Source of the DNA: Escherichia coli
GTDB lineage: Bacteria; Pseudomonadota; Gammaproteobacteria; Enterobacterales; Enterobacteriaceae
NCBI RefSeq assembly: GCF_003790525.1
Contig: NZ_CP033635.1
Reading direction: 5' to 3' (one strand)
Length of the DNA: 64,000 nt
Part shown: in pieces, positions 9,990 to 20,953 of the stretch
How the letters are laid out: every line of letters starts with the position of its first letter
Position numbering within the stretch: the first letter of the stretch is position 1
Position numbers and translations under genes: made by a program
Notes under the pieces: model-generated
Databases searched by the model: none
What the model saw: the letters and a program-made list of their open reading frames with translations, nothing else
Told to the model about the DNA's origin: nothing

Positions 9990-11642
9990 ATGTCCAAACC
10001 ATTTATCTGGCAAGAACCGTTTCTACAAAATAAAGACGGTACAGAATATACATTAATTAGCGATCAACATATTACAGTAACGGAATTAGACGGCGAAGAA
10101 GTGATAAAAATCGCTCCTGAAGCATTAACGCTGCTTGCCCGGCAGGCATTTTATGAAGCCTCTTTTTTCTTACGTTCCGCTCATTTGCAACAGGTCGCCA
10201 GCATTCTTAACGATCCGCACGCCAGTAGTAATGATAAATACGTTGCGTTGCAGTTATTACGTAATGCTGAAGTCTCAGCAAAAGGGGTATTACCCAACTG
10301 TCAGGATACCGGCACCGCAACTATTGTTGCCAGTAAAGGGCAACAGATATGGACCGGAGGTAACGACGCTGAAGCCTTAAGCAAAGGCATTTACACCACT
10401 TTTCAGGAAAATAATCTGCGCTTTTCACAAAATGCGCCACTGGATATGTTTACCGAAGTCAATACGCAAACCAATCTCCCGGCGCAGATTGATATCAGCG
10501 CCGTCGCTGGTGATGAGTACCATTTTCTCTGTATTAATAAAGGGGGCGGCTCTGCCAATAAAGCCGCGCTTTATCAGGAAACCAAATCCCTATTGCAACC
10601 AGAAAAACTGACCGCATTTTTAATCGAAAAAATGAAATCGCTGGGCACCGCTGCCTGCCCGCCTTACCACATCGCCTTTGTCGTCGGAGGGCTTTCAGCC
10701 GATCAAACCTTAAAAGTTGCCAAGCTGGCCTCAACGAAATATTACGACAATTTGCCCACCAGCGGAAACGAGCAAGGACAAGCATTCCGTGATATTGAGC
10801 TGGAAAAAGTATTGCTCGAGGCCAGTCAGCAATTTGGTATTGGTGCGCAATTTGGGGGTAAATATTTCGCTCATGATATTCGCGTCATTCGTCTGCCGCG
10901 TCACGGTGGCTCTTGCCCGATAGCTATGGCGCTCTCCTGTTCTGCGGATCGCAATATCAAAGCAAAAATTAACAAGCACGGTATCTGGCTGGAAAAACTC
11001 GAACACAATCCGGGGCAATATATTCCAGCCTCACTGCGGGAAGAAAATCACGCGCAACATGTACAGCTGGATCTAAACCGTCCGTTGCGTGACGTGATGC
11101 AGGATCTCGCCAGATTACCGGTAGGCACCCGCGTGTCGTTAAGTGGTCCCATCGTAGTGGCGCGCGATATCGCCCACGCCAAAATAAAAGCGCGGCTGGA
11201 TAGCGGCGAACCGATGCCGGATTACCTGAAGCATCATATTGTCTATTACGCTGGCCCGGCGAAAACACCGGAGAACATGGCCTGCGGTTCACTGGGTCCA
11301 ACCACGGGCGGTCGAATGGACGGTTATGTCGATACCTTCCAGGCGGCTGGCGGCAGTCTGGTGATGTTATCGAAAGGTAACCGCAGCCAGCAGGTCACCG
11401 ATGCCTGTCACAAACATGGCGGCTTCAATCTGGGGAGTATTGGCGGTGCAGCTGCGTTACTGGCGCAAGAATATGTCAAAAGTCTGCGTTGCCTGGAATA
11501 CCCGGAGCTGGGTATGGAAGCGGTGTGGATGATGGAAGTGGAAAATTTACCCGCATTCATCCTGGTAGATGATAAAGGCAATAATTTCTTTAGTCAGTTT
11601 GAGCAGCAACACCGCTGCGCCAGTTGCCCTGCGGGACATTAA
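9990..11642 (+). CDS. class I (Fe-S) fumarate hydratase paralog, FumA/FumB-like; candidate mesaconase
   Basis: 550-aa translation colinear with E. coli FumA (e.g. [35 protein letters not shown]). The mesaconase role is inferred from operon context only. Confidence 0.85.
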   Translation: MSKPFIWQEPFLQNKDGTEYTLISDQHITVTELDGEEVIKIAPEALTLLARQAFYEASFFLRSAHLQQVASILNDPHASSNDKYVALQLLRNAEVSAKGVLPNCQDTGTATIVASKGQQIWTGGNDAEALSKGIYTTFQENNLRFSQNAPLDMFTEVNTQTNLPAQIDISAVAGDEYHFLCINKGGGSANKAALYQETKSLLQPEKLTAFLIEKMKSLGTAACPPYHIAFVVGGLSADQTLKVAKLASTKYYDNLPTSGNEQGQAFRDIELEKVLLEASQQFGIGAQFGGKYFAHDIRVIRLPRHGGSCPIAMALSCSADRNIKAKINKHGIWLEKLEHNPGQYIPASLREENHAQHVQLDLNRPLRDVMQDLARLPVGTRVSLSGPIVVARDIAHAKIKARLDSGEPMPDYLKHHIVYYAGPAKTPENMACGSLGPTTGGRMDGYVDTFQAAGGSLVMLSKGNRSQQVTDACHKHGGFNLGSIGGAAALLAQEYVKSLRCLEYPELGMEAVWMMEVENLPAFILVDDKGNNFFSQFEQQHRCASCPAGH

Positions 11643-11651
11643 GGAAAATGA

Positions 11652-12254
11652 ATGGAAGCGCGAATTTCAACTGAACGGCATGTGCAGCGCCAGCAGAAAT
11701 TGAAGGAACAGGTCGATACGCGCGTCGCGGCGGCGATAGAGAAAAAAGGGATTTTGATTGTTTTCACCGGCAATGGCAAAGGGAAATCCACTGCCGCGTT
11801 TGGTACTGTGACGCGCGCGGTGGGTCATGGCAAAACGGTGGGGGTTGCGCAGTACATCAAGGGGCAATGGGACAACGGCGAATACAACCTTCTCCAGCCG
11901 CTGGGGGTTGAGTTTCATATTATGGGAACCGGTTTTACCTGGGAGACACAGAACCGGCAAGCGGATATCGACGCGGCGAAAGAGGTCTGGTCGGAAAGCA
12001 AACGGATGCTGGCTGACAAGCGTTACGACTTAGTGGTGCTTGATGAGCTGACCTATATGCTGGCTTACCATTATCTGGATACCGAAGAAGTGATCGCTTC
12101 TCTGCAAAACCGCCCGGCACAACAAAGTGTCATTGTCACCGGACGCGGTTGCCACAGTCAGATATTAAAAATGGCGGATACGGTCAGCGAAATCCGCCCC
12201 GTCAAACATGCTTTTGATAACGGCATTCAGGCCCAGCCGGGTATCGACTGGTAA
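11652..12254 (+). CDS. corrinoid adenosyltransferase paralog (BtuR/CobA family)
   Basis: 200-aa translation closely colinear with E. coli BtuR, including the P-loop-like block IVFTGNGKGKSTAAFG. Confidence 0.85.
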   Translation: MEARISTERHVQRQQKLKEQVDTRVAAAIEKKGILIVFTGNGKGKSTAAFGTVTRAVGHGKTVGVAQYIKGQWDNGEYNLLQPLGVEFHIMGTGFTWETQNRQADIDAAKEVWSESKRMLADKRYDLVVLDELTYMLAYHYLDTEEVIASLQNRPAQQSVIVTGRGCHSQILKMADTVSEIRPVKHAFDNGIQAQPGIDW

Positions 12255-12287
12255 TAACTGCGCCTGGCATCCCGCCAGGCGCAGGTT

Positions 12288-13193
12288 TTACATCTCCTGC
12301 GGTACGACCGATTTCGCCAGCAACCATTCACGAAATTGCTGCAAGTGCGGTGAGTCAGACTTCTCTTCCTGCCACGTCATAATAAAACGATTACCGGTAC
12401 GAATAGGCACATCACAGGGAATCACCATATCGCCACTATCCAAATCATGTTGAATAGCGAACCGTGGTAACAGCGCCACGCCGAGATTAGAGCGCACGGC
12501 GGCAATCAGCATTGAAAGCAAATCGAAACGTGGTCCGTTATTGACCAGCGGACTGCTAACGCCAGATAAAGCAAACCACTCTTCCCAGCCAGTAATACGG
12601 GTGCTTTGATGCAGAAGTGGTAACTCAGTAAGCAGTTCTGCCACTGACAGTTTTTGATCGGACATTGCAAGCAAACTGCCGCTGCATACCGGCAAAATCT
12701 CCTCATCAAAGAGATATTCTACTTCCGCCCAGGGCGCGCAAAAATTTTCGCGCATAATGACAGCATCGTACTCCCGATTAAGAAAATCGCCGTTATTAGC
12801 TAAAGAATGAATATTAACAATAATATCGGGATGTAACTTTGTGAATTCATGTAAATTTGGGATTAACCAGTGGGTACTAAACGTAGGATTCACGGCAAGT
12901 TCAATAACCTGAACCGTAGGCTGCCAGGTCATAATGGTATTGGTATCGCGTTCCAGCTTATTTAATGTTTCTTTTACTATCCCCAGGTAATACTTCCCTG
13001 CATCATTAAGAAAAATGCGTTTTTTAGAGTGTGAAAATAACGGAGTATGTAAAAATTCCTCCAGCGCACTTACTTGTCTGAATACTGCACTTTGGGTTAA
13101 CGCTAACTCCTCTGCCGCTCTGGTATAACTTTCATGACGTGCGACGACCTCAAAAGTCACCAGCAGTTCCGTTTTAGGTATTTTTCCTCGCAT
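12288..13193 (-). CDS. LysR-family transcriptional regulator
   Basis: 301-aa ORF with an N-terminal helix-turn-helix (TRAAEELALTQSAVFRQVSALEE) and a LysR substrate-binding domain. Convergent with the upstream operon. Confidence 0.85.
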   Translation of the reverse strand: MRGKIPKTELLVTFEVVARHESYTRAAEELALTQSAVFRQVSALEEFLHTPLFSHSKKRIFLNDAGKYYLGIVKETLNKLERDTNTIMTWQPTVQVIELAVNPTFSTHWLIPNLHEFTKLHPDIIVNIHSLANNGDFLNREYDAVIMRENFCAPWAEVEYLFDEEILPVCSGSLLAMSDQKLSVAELLTELPLLHQSTRITGWEEWFALSGVSSPLVNNGPRFDLLSMLIAAVRSNLGVALLPRFAIQHDLDSGDMVIPCDVPIRTGNRFIMTWQEEKSDSPHLQQFREWLLAKSVVPQEM

Positions 13194-13770
13194 AATGCCT
13201 TCCCTTAAAAATAGTTGAAACTATCAAAAAACCATTACTTATTGCTAAGTAATGGCAACCAAAGCAGCAATCAATATTTTATAAAAATCATGTTCGATAT
13301 TTATAACCTGGTAAGCCTGGCGTGACAATTGTCTTAATCAGATAATAATAATCCGAAAAGCACAGCACCTTTCGAATTATCAGGAATTACATTAAGTGAA
13401 AATTATTAAATTGATATCATTTATCATATCTGTGGATATTATGATAAACAATCAACATAGATTTTATTTTTGATTTATAGCATATCCCTCTAAGAATTTT
13501 TGCGATGCTTCAATATCCGGGGTAAAGACCCGATCCTGACTGACAAATGGCACGACTTGACGATAAGCGGTGAACATCGCTTTTGTTGATTTACTTAACG
13601 CTACGGTCAAACGCTGGGAAGCCAGTGCATCAGGTAACGATTCGAAATTCGCCGTCGTTCTTATTCGTGGCTTGCGGTCGGTCGCGGCAATCCACAGTGG
13701 CTGTGGTCATGCAGTCAAGCCTGCAGTCAGATTCCGACCGTGGTTAACGTTTAAGGCATAAAAAAGGCCA

Positions 13771-13858
13771 TCATATGATGGCCAACCATGTCGAAACCGA
13801 CAGCCCTTCGCCATTCCTGTAGAGGGAAGCGGCGAGGGCTATTTCTTATTACAGATAT
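13771..13858 (-). ncRNA. sdhX: sucD 3'-UTR small RNA (SdhX/RybD-type) ending in an intrinsic terminator
   Basis: Region immediately after the sucD stop on the minus strand ends in the perfect palindrome GGCCATCATATGATGGCC followed by a T-run. Identity as SdhX rests on position and recollection; 5' end approximate. Confidence 0.45.
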
Positions 13859-14728
13859 TTATTTCAGAACAGTTTTCAGTGCTTCACCGATATCCGCCAG
13901 GCTGCGAACGGTTTTCACGCCTGCGGCTTCCAGAGCAGCAAATTTCTCATCCGCAGTCCCTTTCCCACCGGCAATGATGGCACCCGCGTGGCCCATACGT
14001 TTGCCTTTCGGCGCAGTCACACCAGCGATGTAACCCACAACAGGCTTGGTAACGTGCTCTTTGATGTACGCAGCCGCTTCTTCTTCAGCGCTACCGCCGA
14101 TCTCACCGATCATCACGATCGCTTCGGTCTGCGGATCTTTTTCGAACATTTCGAGGATGTCGATAAAGTTAGAGCCAGGGATCGGGTCGCCGCCGATACC
14201 AACACAGGTCGACTGACCGAAACCGTAATCCGTGGTCTGTTTAACCGCTTCATAGGTCAGTGTACCGGAACGGGAAACGATACCCACTTTACCCGGTTTG
14301 TGAATGTGACCAGGCTGGATACCGATTTTGCATTCACCCGGAGTGATAACGCCCGGGCAGTTCGGGCCGATCATGCGAACGCCCGCTTCATCCAGTTTCA
14401 CCTTCACGGTCAGCATATCCAGCGTCGGGATGCCTTCAGTGATGGTGATAATCAGTTTGATGCCTGCATCAATAGCTTCCAGAATGGAGTCTTTGCAGAA
14501 CGGTGCTGGTACGTAGATAACAGAAGCGGTAGCGCCAGTAGCAGCAACAGCTTCACGCACGGTGTTGAACACCGGCAGGCCGAGGTGGGTGGTGCCGCCT
14601 TTACCTGGGGTTACGCCGCCAACCATTTTAGTGCCGTATGCAATAGCCTGTTCTGAGTGGAAAGTCCCCTGGCTACCGGTAAAGCCCTGGCAGATAACCT
14701 TGGTGTTTTTATCAATTAAAATGGACAT
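13859..14728 (-). CDS. sucD: succinyl-CoA synthetase alpha subunit
   Basis: 289-aa translation recognised as SucD. Confidence 0.97.
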
Positions 14729-15894
14729 TATTTCCCCTCCACTGCGGCAACAACCTGCTGAGCTGCATCCGTCAGACCTTTTGCTGCAATAATATTCAGG
14801 CCGCTGTCAGCCAGTTTCTTCGCGCCGAGTTCGGCGTTGTTACCTTCCAGACGTACCACGACCGGTACGTTAACACCCACTTCCGCTACCGCGCCGATGA
14901 TACCGTCAGCGATCAGGTCGCAACGAACGATACCGCCGAAGATGTTAACCAGAACGGCTTTCACTTTGTCGTCAGAGAGGATGATTTTGAACGCTTCGGT
15001 TACGCGCTCTTTGGTTGCGCCGCCGCCAACGTCCAGGAAGTTAGCTGGTTCGCCGCCGTGCAGTTTAACGATGTCCATGGTGCCCATCGCCAGGCCTGCG
15101 CCGTTAACCATACAACCGATGTTACCGTCCAGCGCAACGTAGTTCAGTTCCCACTGTGCAGCCTGTGCTTCACGCGGATCTTCCTGCGACTGGTCACGCA
15201 TTTCGCGCAGATCAGGCTGGCGGAACAGTGCGTTGCCATCAGCGCCCAGTTTGCCGTCGAGGCAAATCAGATCGCCCTGTTTGGTGATGACCAGCGGGTT
15301 GATTTCGATCAGCGCCAGGTCGCGCTCCAGGAAAATGGTCGCCAGGCCCATGAAGATTTTGGTGAACTGCTGAACCAGTTTACCTTCCAGACCCAGTTTG
15401 AACGCCAGCTCGCGTCCCTGATACGGCATCGGGCCAGTCAGCGGATCAAGCGCAACTTTGTGGATCAGGTGCGGAGTTTCTTCCGCCACTTTTTCGATTT
15501 CCACGCCGCCTTCGGTGGAGGCCATAAAGACCACGCGACGTGAACTACGGTCTACAACGGCACCGAGATACAGCTCTTTAGCGATATCGGTCGCTGCTTC
15601 AACCAGAATCTGGTTAACCGGTTGGCCATTGGCATCTGTTTGATACGTTACCAGACGCTTGCCCAGCCAGTTTTCTGCAAAAGCACGGATGTCTTCTTTG
15701 CTGTTTACCACTTTCACACCGCCCGCTTTACCGCGGCCACCAGCGTGAACCTGACATTTCACTACCCACGGACCGGCACCGATTTTTGAAGCGGCTTCTT
15801 CTGCTTCGCGCGGAGTAGTACAGGCATAACCCACCGGTGCTGGTAAGCCATAGCGGGCAAAAAGTTGTTTTGCCTGATATTCATGTAAGTTCAT
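14728..15894 (-). CDS. sucC: succinyl-CoA synthetase beta subunit
   Basis: 388-aa translation recognised as SucC; stop overlaps the sucD start. Confidence 0.97.
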
Positions 15895-15934
15895 GTGTTC
15901 TGTCCATCCTTCAGTAATCGTTATCTTTTAAACC

Positions 15935-15965
15935 GTAGACCGACACCCTATCCACGTCGGTCTAC
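15935..15965 (-). repeat. intergenic hairpin between sucB and sucC
   Basis: Perfect 10-bp inverted repeat GTAGACCGAC ... GTCGGTCTAC with an 11-nt loop. Confidence 0.5.
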
Positions 15966-15987
15966 AGTGCAGGTGAAACTTAAACTA

Positions 15988-17205
15988 CTACACGTCCAGC
16001 AGCAGACGCGTCGGATCTTCCAGCAACTCTTTGATCGTTACCAGGAAGCCCACGGATTCGCGACCATCGATCAGACGGTGATCGTAGGACAGCGCCAGGT
16101 ACATCATCGGCAGGATCTCAACCTGACCATTCACCGCCATCGGACGATCTTTGATAGCGTGCATACCCAGAATTGCGCTCTGCGGCGGGTTGATGATCGG
16201 CGTAGACATCAGGGAACCGAACACACCACCGTTGGTGATGGTGAAGTTACCACCGGTCAGATCTTCAACCGTCAGCTTGCCGTCACGGCCTTTAACTGCC
16301 AGCTCTTTAATTTTCTTCTCAATGTCTGCCATACCGAGGGTATCGACATCACGCAGTACCGGCGTCACCAGGCCGCGCGGCGTAGAAACCGCCATGCTGA
16401 CGTCGAAATAGTTGTGGTAAACCACGTCATCGCCGTCGATAGAAGCATTCACTTCCGGGTAACGTTTCAGGGCTTCAACCACCGCTTTCACGTAGAAGGA
16501 CATAAAGCCCAGACGGATGCCGTGGCGTTTTTCAAACGCTTCACCGTACTGCTTACGCAGATCCATAATCGGCTTCATGTTGACTTCGTTGAACGTGGTC
16601 AGCATGGCGGTGGAGTTTTTCGCTTCCAGCAGACGCTCTGCCACACGCTTACGCAGGCGAGTCATCGGCACACGTTTTTCGCTACGTGCAGCCAGGGCCG
16701 GTTGCGCCGCCGGAGCAGCCGCTGCCGGAGCAGACTCTTTCGCCGGGGCTTTCGCCAGATGTTTTTCCACATCTTCACGGGTCAGACGACCACCTACACC
16801 GGTGCCTTTAATGGCGCTGGCATCAAGATTGTGTTCAGCCAGCAGGCGACGGATCGCCGGGCTTAACGCATCGTTGTTTTGCTCTTCCAGAGACGCCTGC
16901 TGGCGTTGCGCCGGAGTGGACGCTTTCTCTTCAGATTTGGCGCTGGTTTCTTTACCGGCGCTGTTGCCTTCACGCAGGCGACCAAGGATCTGACGAGACG
17001 TTACCGTTGTACCTTCATCTTCCAGAACCGCATCCAGAATGCCGTCTGCTGATGCCGGTACTTCCAGTACCACTTTGTCAGTTTCGATTTCTACCAGCAC
17101 TTCATCACGTACGACTGCGTCGCCGGGTTTTTTATGCCAGGTTGCGACGGTGGCATCGGCTACGGATTCAGGCAGGTCAGGGACCAGAATATCTACGCTA
17201 CTCAT
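15988..17205 (-). CDS. sucB: dihydrolipoyllysine-residue succinyltransferase (2-oxoglutarate dehydrogenase E2)
   Basis: 405-aa translation recognised as SucB, with lipoyl domain and Ala/Pro-rich linker. Confidence 0.97.
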
Positions 17206-17219
17206 TGTGTATCCTTTAT

Positions 17220-20021
17220 TTATTCGACGTTCAGCGCGTCATTAACCAGATCTTGTTGCTGTTTCTGGTGAACGGACATATACCCTACCGCCGGAGAGGC
17301 GGAGGCCGGGCGGCCTGCATAACGCAGAGAAGCCCCAAACGGAATCACTTCACGGAAATGATGCTGGCTGCAGTACCATGCGCCCTGATTGAGCGGCTCT
17401 TCCTGGCACCAGACAAAATCCTTGACGTGAGCAAACTGCTGCAACACTTCCTGCATCGCTTTATGCGGGAACGGGTAGAGTTGCTCGATACGCACAATGG
17501 CGACATCGTGTTGATTGTTCTTACGACGCTGTTCCAGCAGGTCGTAATAAACCTTACCAGAACACATCACTACGCGCTTCACGCCCTTCGGATCAAGCTC
17601 GTCGATTTCACCGATGGCTGGCAGGAAGGTGCCGTTCGCCAGTTCTTCGAGGCTGGAAACCGCCAGCGGATGACGCAGCAGGGATTTCGGCGACATCACG
17701 ACCAGCGGACGACGCATCCCGCGCAGCGCCTGACGACGCAGCATGTGGTAAACCTGTGCCGGGGTAGACGGTACGCACACCTGCATGTTTTGCTCAGCGC
17801 AAAGTTGCAGATAACGTTCCAGACGCGCGGAGGAGTGCTCCGGCCCCTGCCCTTCGTAACCGTGCGGCAGCAACATCACCAGACCACACATCCGGCCCCA
17901 TTTCTGCTCGCCAGAGGAGATGAACTGGTCGATAACCACCTGAGCACCGTTGGCGAAGTCACCGAATTGCGCTTCCCAGATAGTCAGAGTGCGTGGTTCT
18001 GCGGTGGCATAACCGTATTCAAACGCCAGTACGGCTTCTTCAGACAGTACGGAGTCCCAGACACGGAACGCGCCCTGGCCGTTATGGATGTGTTGCAGCG
18101 GCGTGTAAGTGGAACCGTTAGACTGGTTGTGGATCACCGCGTGGCGGTGGAAGAAGGTACCGCGACCGGAGTCTTCACCCGACAGGCGAACCGGAATGCC
18201 TTCGTCAACCAGCGTGGCGTAAGCGAGGTTTTCCGCGCCGCCCCAGTCGAACAGTTTCTCACCAGCAGCCATCGCCTGGCGATCGCCATAAATCTTGGCA
18301 ACGCGAGACTGCATTTCAACTGCTTCCGGCACCGTGCTGATGCGTTTAGCCAGTTCCTGCAGGCGCTTCATCTCAACTTTGTTCGGGTACTCTTCGTCCC
18401 ATTCGTGGTTGAGGTACGGCGACCAGGTGAAAGAGTGCATGTTCATCGGACGCCACTCTGCTACAACGCAATCGCCAGCATCCAGCGCATCGCGGTACAG
18501 GTTAACCATCTCGGTGGCATCTTCCAGCGTCGCGACTTTTTCCTGCTCCAGCTTGTCAGCATAGATTTTGCGCGGCGTCGGATGTTTTTTGATTTTCTGA
18601 TACATCAGCGGCTGGGTTGCGCTCGGCTCGTCGGCTTCGTTGTGGCCGTGACGGCGGTAGCACACCAGGTCGATGAAGACATCACGTTTAAAGGTGTTAC
18701 GGAAATCGAGCGCCAGACGGGTCACAAAAGCAACGGCTTCCGGATCATCCGCGTTTACGTGGAAAATCGGTGCCTGAACCATCTTACCGATATCAGTACA
18801 GTACGGTGTAGAACGAGCATCCAGCGGATTAGAGGTGGTGAAGCCAACCTGGTTGTTGATAACGATACGTACCGTACCGCCAACTTCATAACCACGCGCT
18901 TTCGACATGTTCAGGGTTTCCTGAACCACGCCCTGCCCGGTCACTGCGGCGTCACCGTGGATGGTGATTGGCAGCACTTTGTTGCTGCTCGGCTCATCGA
19001 GTCTGTCCAGACGGGCACGAACAGAACCGATAACTACCGGGCTGACAATCTCAAGGTGAGACGGGTTAAACGCCAGCGCCAGGTGCACCAGGCCGCCATC
19101 GGTCTGGAAGTCAGACGAGAAGCCCATGTGGTATTTCACGTCGCCCGTGCCGAGGTGTTCTTTATGTTTACCGGCAAACTCGTCGAACAAGTCTTGCGGT
19201 TTTTTACCCAGCACGTTCACCAGCACGTTCAGACGACCACGGTGCGCCATCCCGAGAACCACTTCGCGGGTGCCGCTGTTGCCAGCGTGGCGGATCATCT
19301 CTTTAAGCATCGGGATTAACGCGTCACCGCCTTCCAGCGAGAAGCGTTTTGCGCCAGGGAATTTTGCGCCGAGGTAACGTTCAAGGCCTTCAGCGGCGGT
19401 CAGTTCGCTTAAGAAGCGTTTTTTCTCTTCGCTATTGAAAGTCGCGCGACCAGACTCGATACGCTGTTGGATCCAGCGTTTTTCTTCGGTGCTGGTGATG
19501 TGCATATACTCGGCACCAATCGGGCCGCAGTAGGTTTGCTTGAGGGCTTCCAGCAGCTCGCCGAGTTTCATGGTTTCTTTGCCGCTGGCAAATGAACCGA
19601 CGTTGAAGGTCTCCTGGAAGTCTGCTTCGGTCAGATCGTGGAAAGACGGATCCAGATCGGCCACTTTATCTTGCTGCCACAGTCCCAGCGGATCGAGATT
19701 CGCATGCTGGTGACCACGGAAGCGGTATGCGTTAATGAGCTGCAGGACTTTAACCTGCTTCACATTGGTGTCAGGGTCGGAGATCGTTGAAGAGTAACGT
19801 GAAGCGTCTTTCGCCAGGCGGCGGAAATATTCACGCGTTTGAGAGTGGAATTGATCCGGTTTGACTCCCGTACCAGGTAACTGCTGGAACGTCGAACGCC
19901 AGTTAGCGTCAACCGAGTCAGGATCGGTTAAGAAGTCTTCATAGAGCTGTTCTATCCAGCTCTGGTTTGCGCCAGAGAGGTAAGAAGAGTCCAACCAGGC
20001 TTTCAAAGCGCTGTTCTGCAT
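17220..20021 (-). CDS. sucA: 2-oxoglutarate dehydrogenase E1 component
   Basis: 933-aa translation recognised as SucA. Confidence 0.97.
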   Translation of the reverse strand: MQNSALKAWLDSSYLSGANQSWIEQLYEDFLTDPDSVDANWRSTFQQLPGTGVKPDQFHSQTREYFRRLAKDASRYSSTISDPDTNVKQVKVLQLINAYRFRGHQHANLDPLGLWQQDKVADLDPSFHDLTEADFQETFNVGSFASGKETMKLGELLEALKQTYCGPIGAEYMHITSTEEKRWIQQRIESGRATFNSEEKKRFLSELTAAEGLERYLGAKFPGAKRFSLEGGDALIPMLKEMIRHAGNSGTREVVLGMAHRGRLNVLVNVLGKKPQDLFDEFAGKHKEHLGTGDVKYHMGFSSDFQTDGGLVHLALAFNPSHLEIVSPVVIGSVRARLDRLDEPSSNKVLPITIHGDAAVTGQGVVQETLNMSKARGYEVGGTVRIVINNQVGFTTSNPLDARSTPYCTDIGKMVQAPIFHVNADDPEAVAFVTRLALDFRNTFKRDVFIDLVCYRRHGHNEADEPSATQPLMYQKIKKHPTPRKIYADKLEQEKVATLEDATEMVNLYRDALDAGDCVVAEWRPMNMHSFTWSPYLNHEWDEEYPNKVEMKRLQELAKRISTVPEAVEMQSRVAKIYGDRQAMAAGEKLFDWGGAENLAYATLVDEGIPVRLSGEDSGRGTFFHRHAVIHNQSNGSTYTPLQHIHNGQGAFRVWDSVLSEEAVLAFEYGYATAEPRTLTIWEAQFGDFANGAQVVIDQFISSGEQKWGRMCGLVMLLPHGYEGQGPEHSSARLERYLQLCAEQNMQVCVPSTPAQVYHMLRRQALRGMRRPLVVMSPKSLLRHPLAVSSLEELANGTFLPAIGEIDELDPKGVKRVVMCSGKVYYDLLEQRRKNNQHDVAIVRIEQLYPFPHKAMQEVLQQFAHVKDFVWCQEEPLNQGAWYCSQHHFREVIPFGASLRYAGRPASASPAVGYMSVHQKQQQDLVNDALNVE

Positions 20022-20221
20022 CGTGATCCCTTAAGCATCTTTTTTATGCTTACTTCGCCGTGGATACTACCACGCACAATGATGTGCGTGCCGGGGTTCA
20101 CTTGCGAGCTCTTGTCTACGTAGTGGCTCGCGAAGGAACCTTTAAAAACTGTCTTAGTGTCAGGGGCAGTTTTTAAAGATTTCCTGAATAGCCGGGGGAT
20201 TTCCCCGGCATCAACATTTAA

Positions 20222-20938
20222 TTACGCATTACGTTGCAACAACATCGACTTGATATGGCCGATGGCGCGCGTCGGGTTCAGCCCCTTCGGACATACACTG
20301 ACGCAGTTCATGATGCTGTGACAGCGGAATACACTGAATGCATCGCTCAAACCGTCGAGGCGGCTGTCAGTCTCGGTATCACGGCTATCGATCAGGAAAC
20401 GATATGCCGCTAACAAGCCTGCCGGGCCGATAAACTTATCGGGATTCCACCAGAAAGACGGACAAGAGGTTGAACAACATGCGCAGAGAATACATTCATA
20501 CAACCCGTCGAGTTTTTCGCGCTGCTCTGGCATCTGTAAATGCTCGCGAGCTGGCGGATTTTGTCCATTATTCAACAGGTAAGGCTTAATTTTCTCATAT
20601 TGCGCATAGAATTGTCCCATGTCTACCACCAAATCGCGGATCACCGGTAAACCTGGCAGCGGGCGAATCACAATCTTCTTGCCCGGCTGGTTGAGTGCCG
20701 AAATCGGGGTAATACAGGCCAGACCATTCTTACCGTTCATGTTCAGACCGTCGGAACCGCACACACCTTCGCGGCAGGAGCGGCGGAACGACAGGCTGGG
20801 ATCTTTCTCTTTCAGCTGGATAAGCGCATCCAGCAGCATCATGTCGCGACCTTCTTCCGCTTCCAGGGTGTAATCCTGCATACGCGGAGCATCATCAACA
20901 TCCGGGTTATAGCGATAAATTGAAAACTCGAGTCTCAT
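20222..20938 (-). CDS. sdhB: succinate dehydrogenase iron-sulfur subunit
   Basis: 238-aa translation recognised as SdhB, with Cys clusters. Confidence 0.97.
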   Translation of the reverse strand: MRLEFSIYRYNPDVDDAPRMQDYTLEAEEGRDMMLLDALIQLKEKDPSLSFRRSCREGVCGSDGLNMNGKNGLACITPISALNQPGKKIVIRPLPGLPVIRDLVVDMGQFYAQYEKIKPYLLNNGQNPPAREHLQMPEQREKLDGLYECILCACCSTSCPSFWWNPDKFIGPAGLLAAYRFLIDSRDTETDSRLDGLSDAFSVFRCHSIMNCVSVCPKGLNPTRAIGHIKSMLLQRNA

Positions 20939-20953
20939 TTTCCTGTCTCCGCA

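Noticed and set aside
13423-13445. Dyad ATCATA-N11-TATGAT upstream of the LysR gene, considered as a LysR-type T-N11-A box
   Set aside because: It lies about 230 bp from the LysR start with no divergent target gene, and the outer ATC/GAT spacing does not fit the canonical ATC-N9-GAT arrangement; in AT-rich DNA such dyads occur by chance.
13570-13761. 63-aa plus-strand ORF ending at the sucD terminator
   Set aside because: Not called as a gene: it overlaps a longer start-less open frame on the other strand and has no convincing RBS. Treated as part of a decayed junction (see findings) rather than a CDS.
17007-19319. 770-aa plus-strand ORF running antisense through sucA (similar long antisense ORFs at 21053..22750 over sdhA, 15895..16866 over sucB, 49645..50682 over pgm, 58956..59882 over nagE, 56873..57715 over glnS, 62463..63305 over nagC, 38092..38868 over kdpB, 6016..6756 over the methylaspartase gene, 13988..14656 over sucD)
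   Set aside because: Each lies entirely opposite a strongly supported, highly conserved gene. Their translations are low-complexity, Arg/His/Val-rich strings typical of the antisense frame of high-GC, codon-biased genes. No RBS or independent context supports them.
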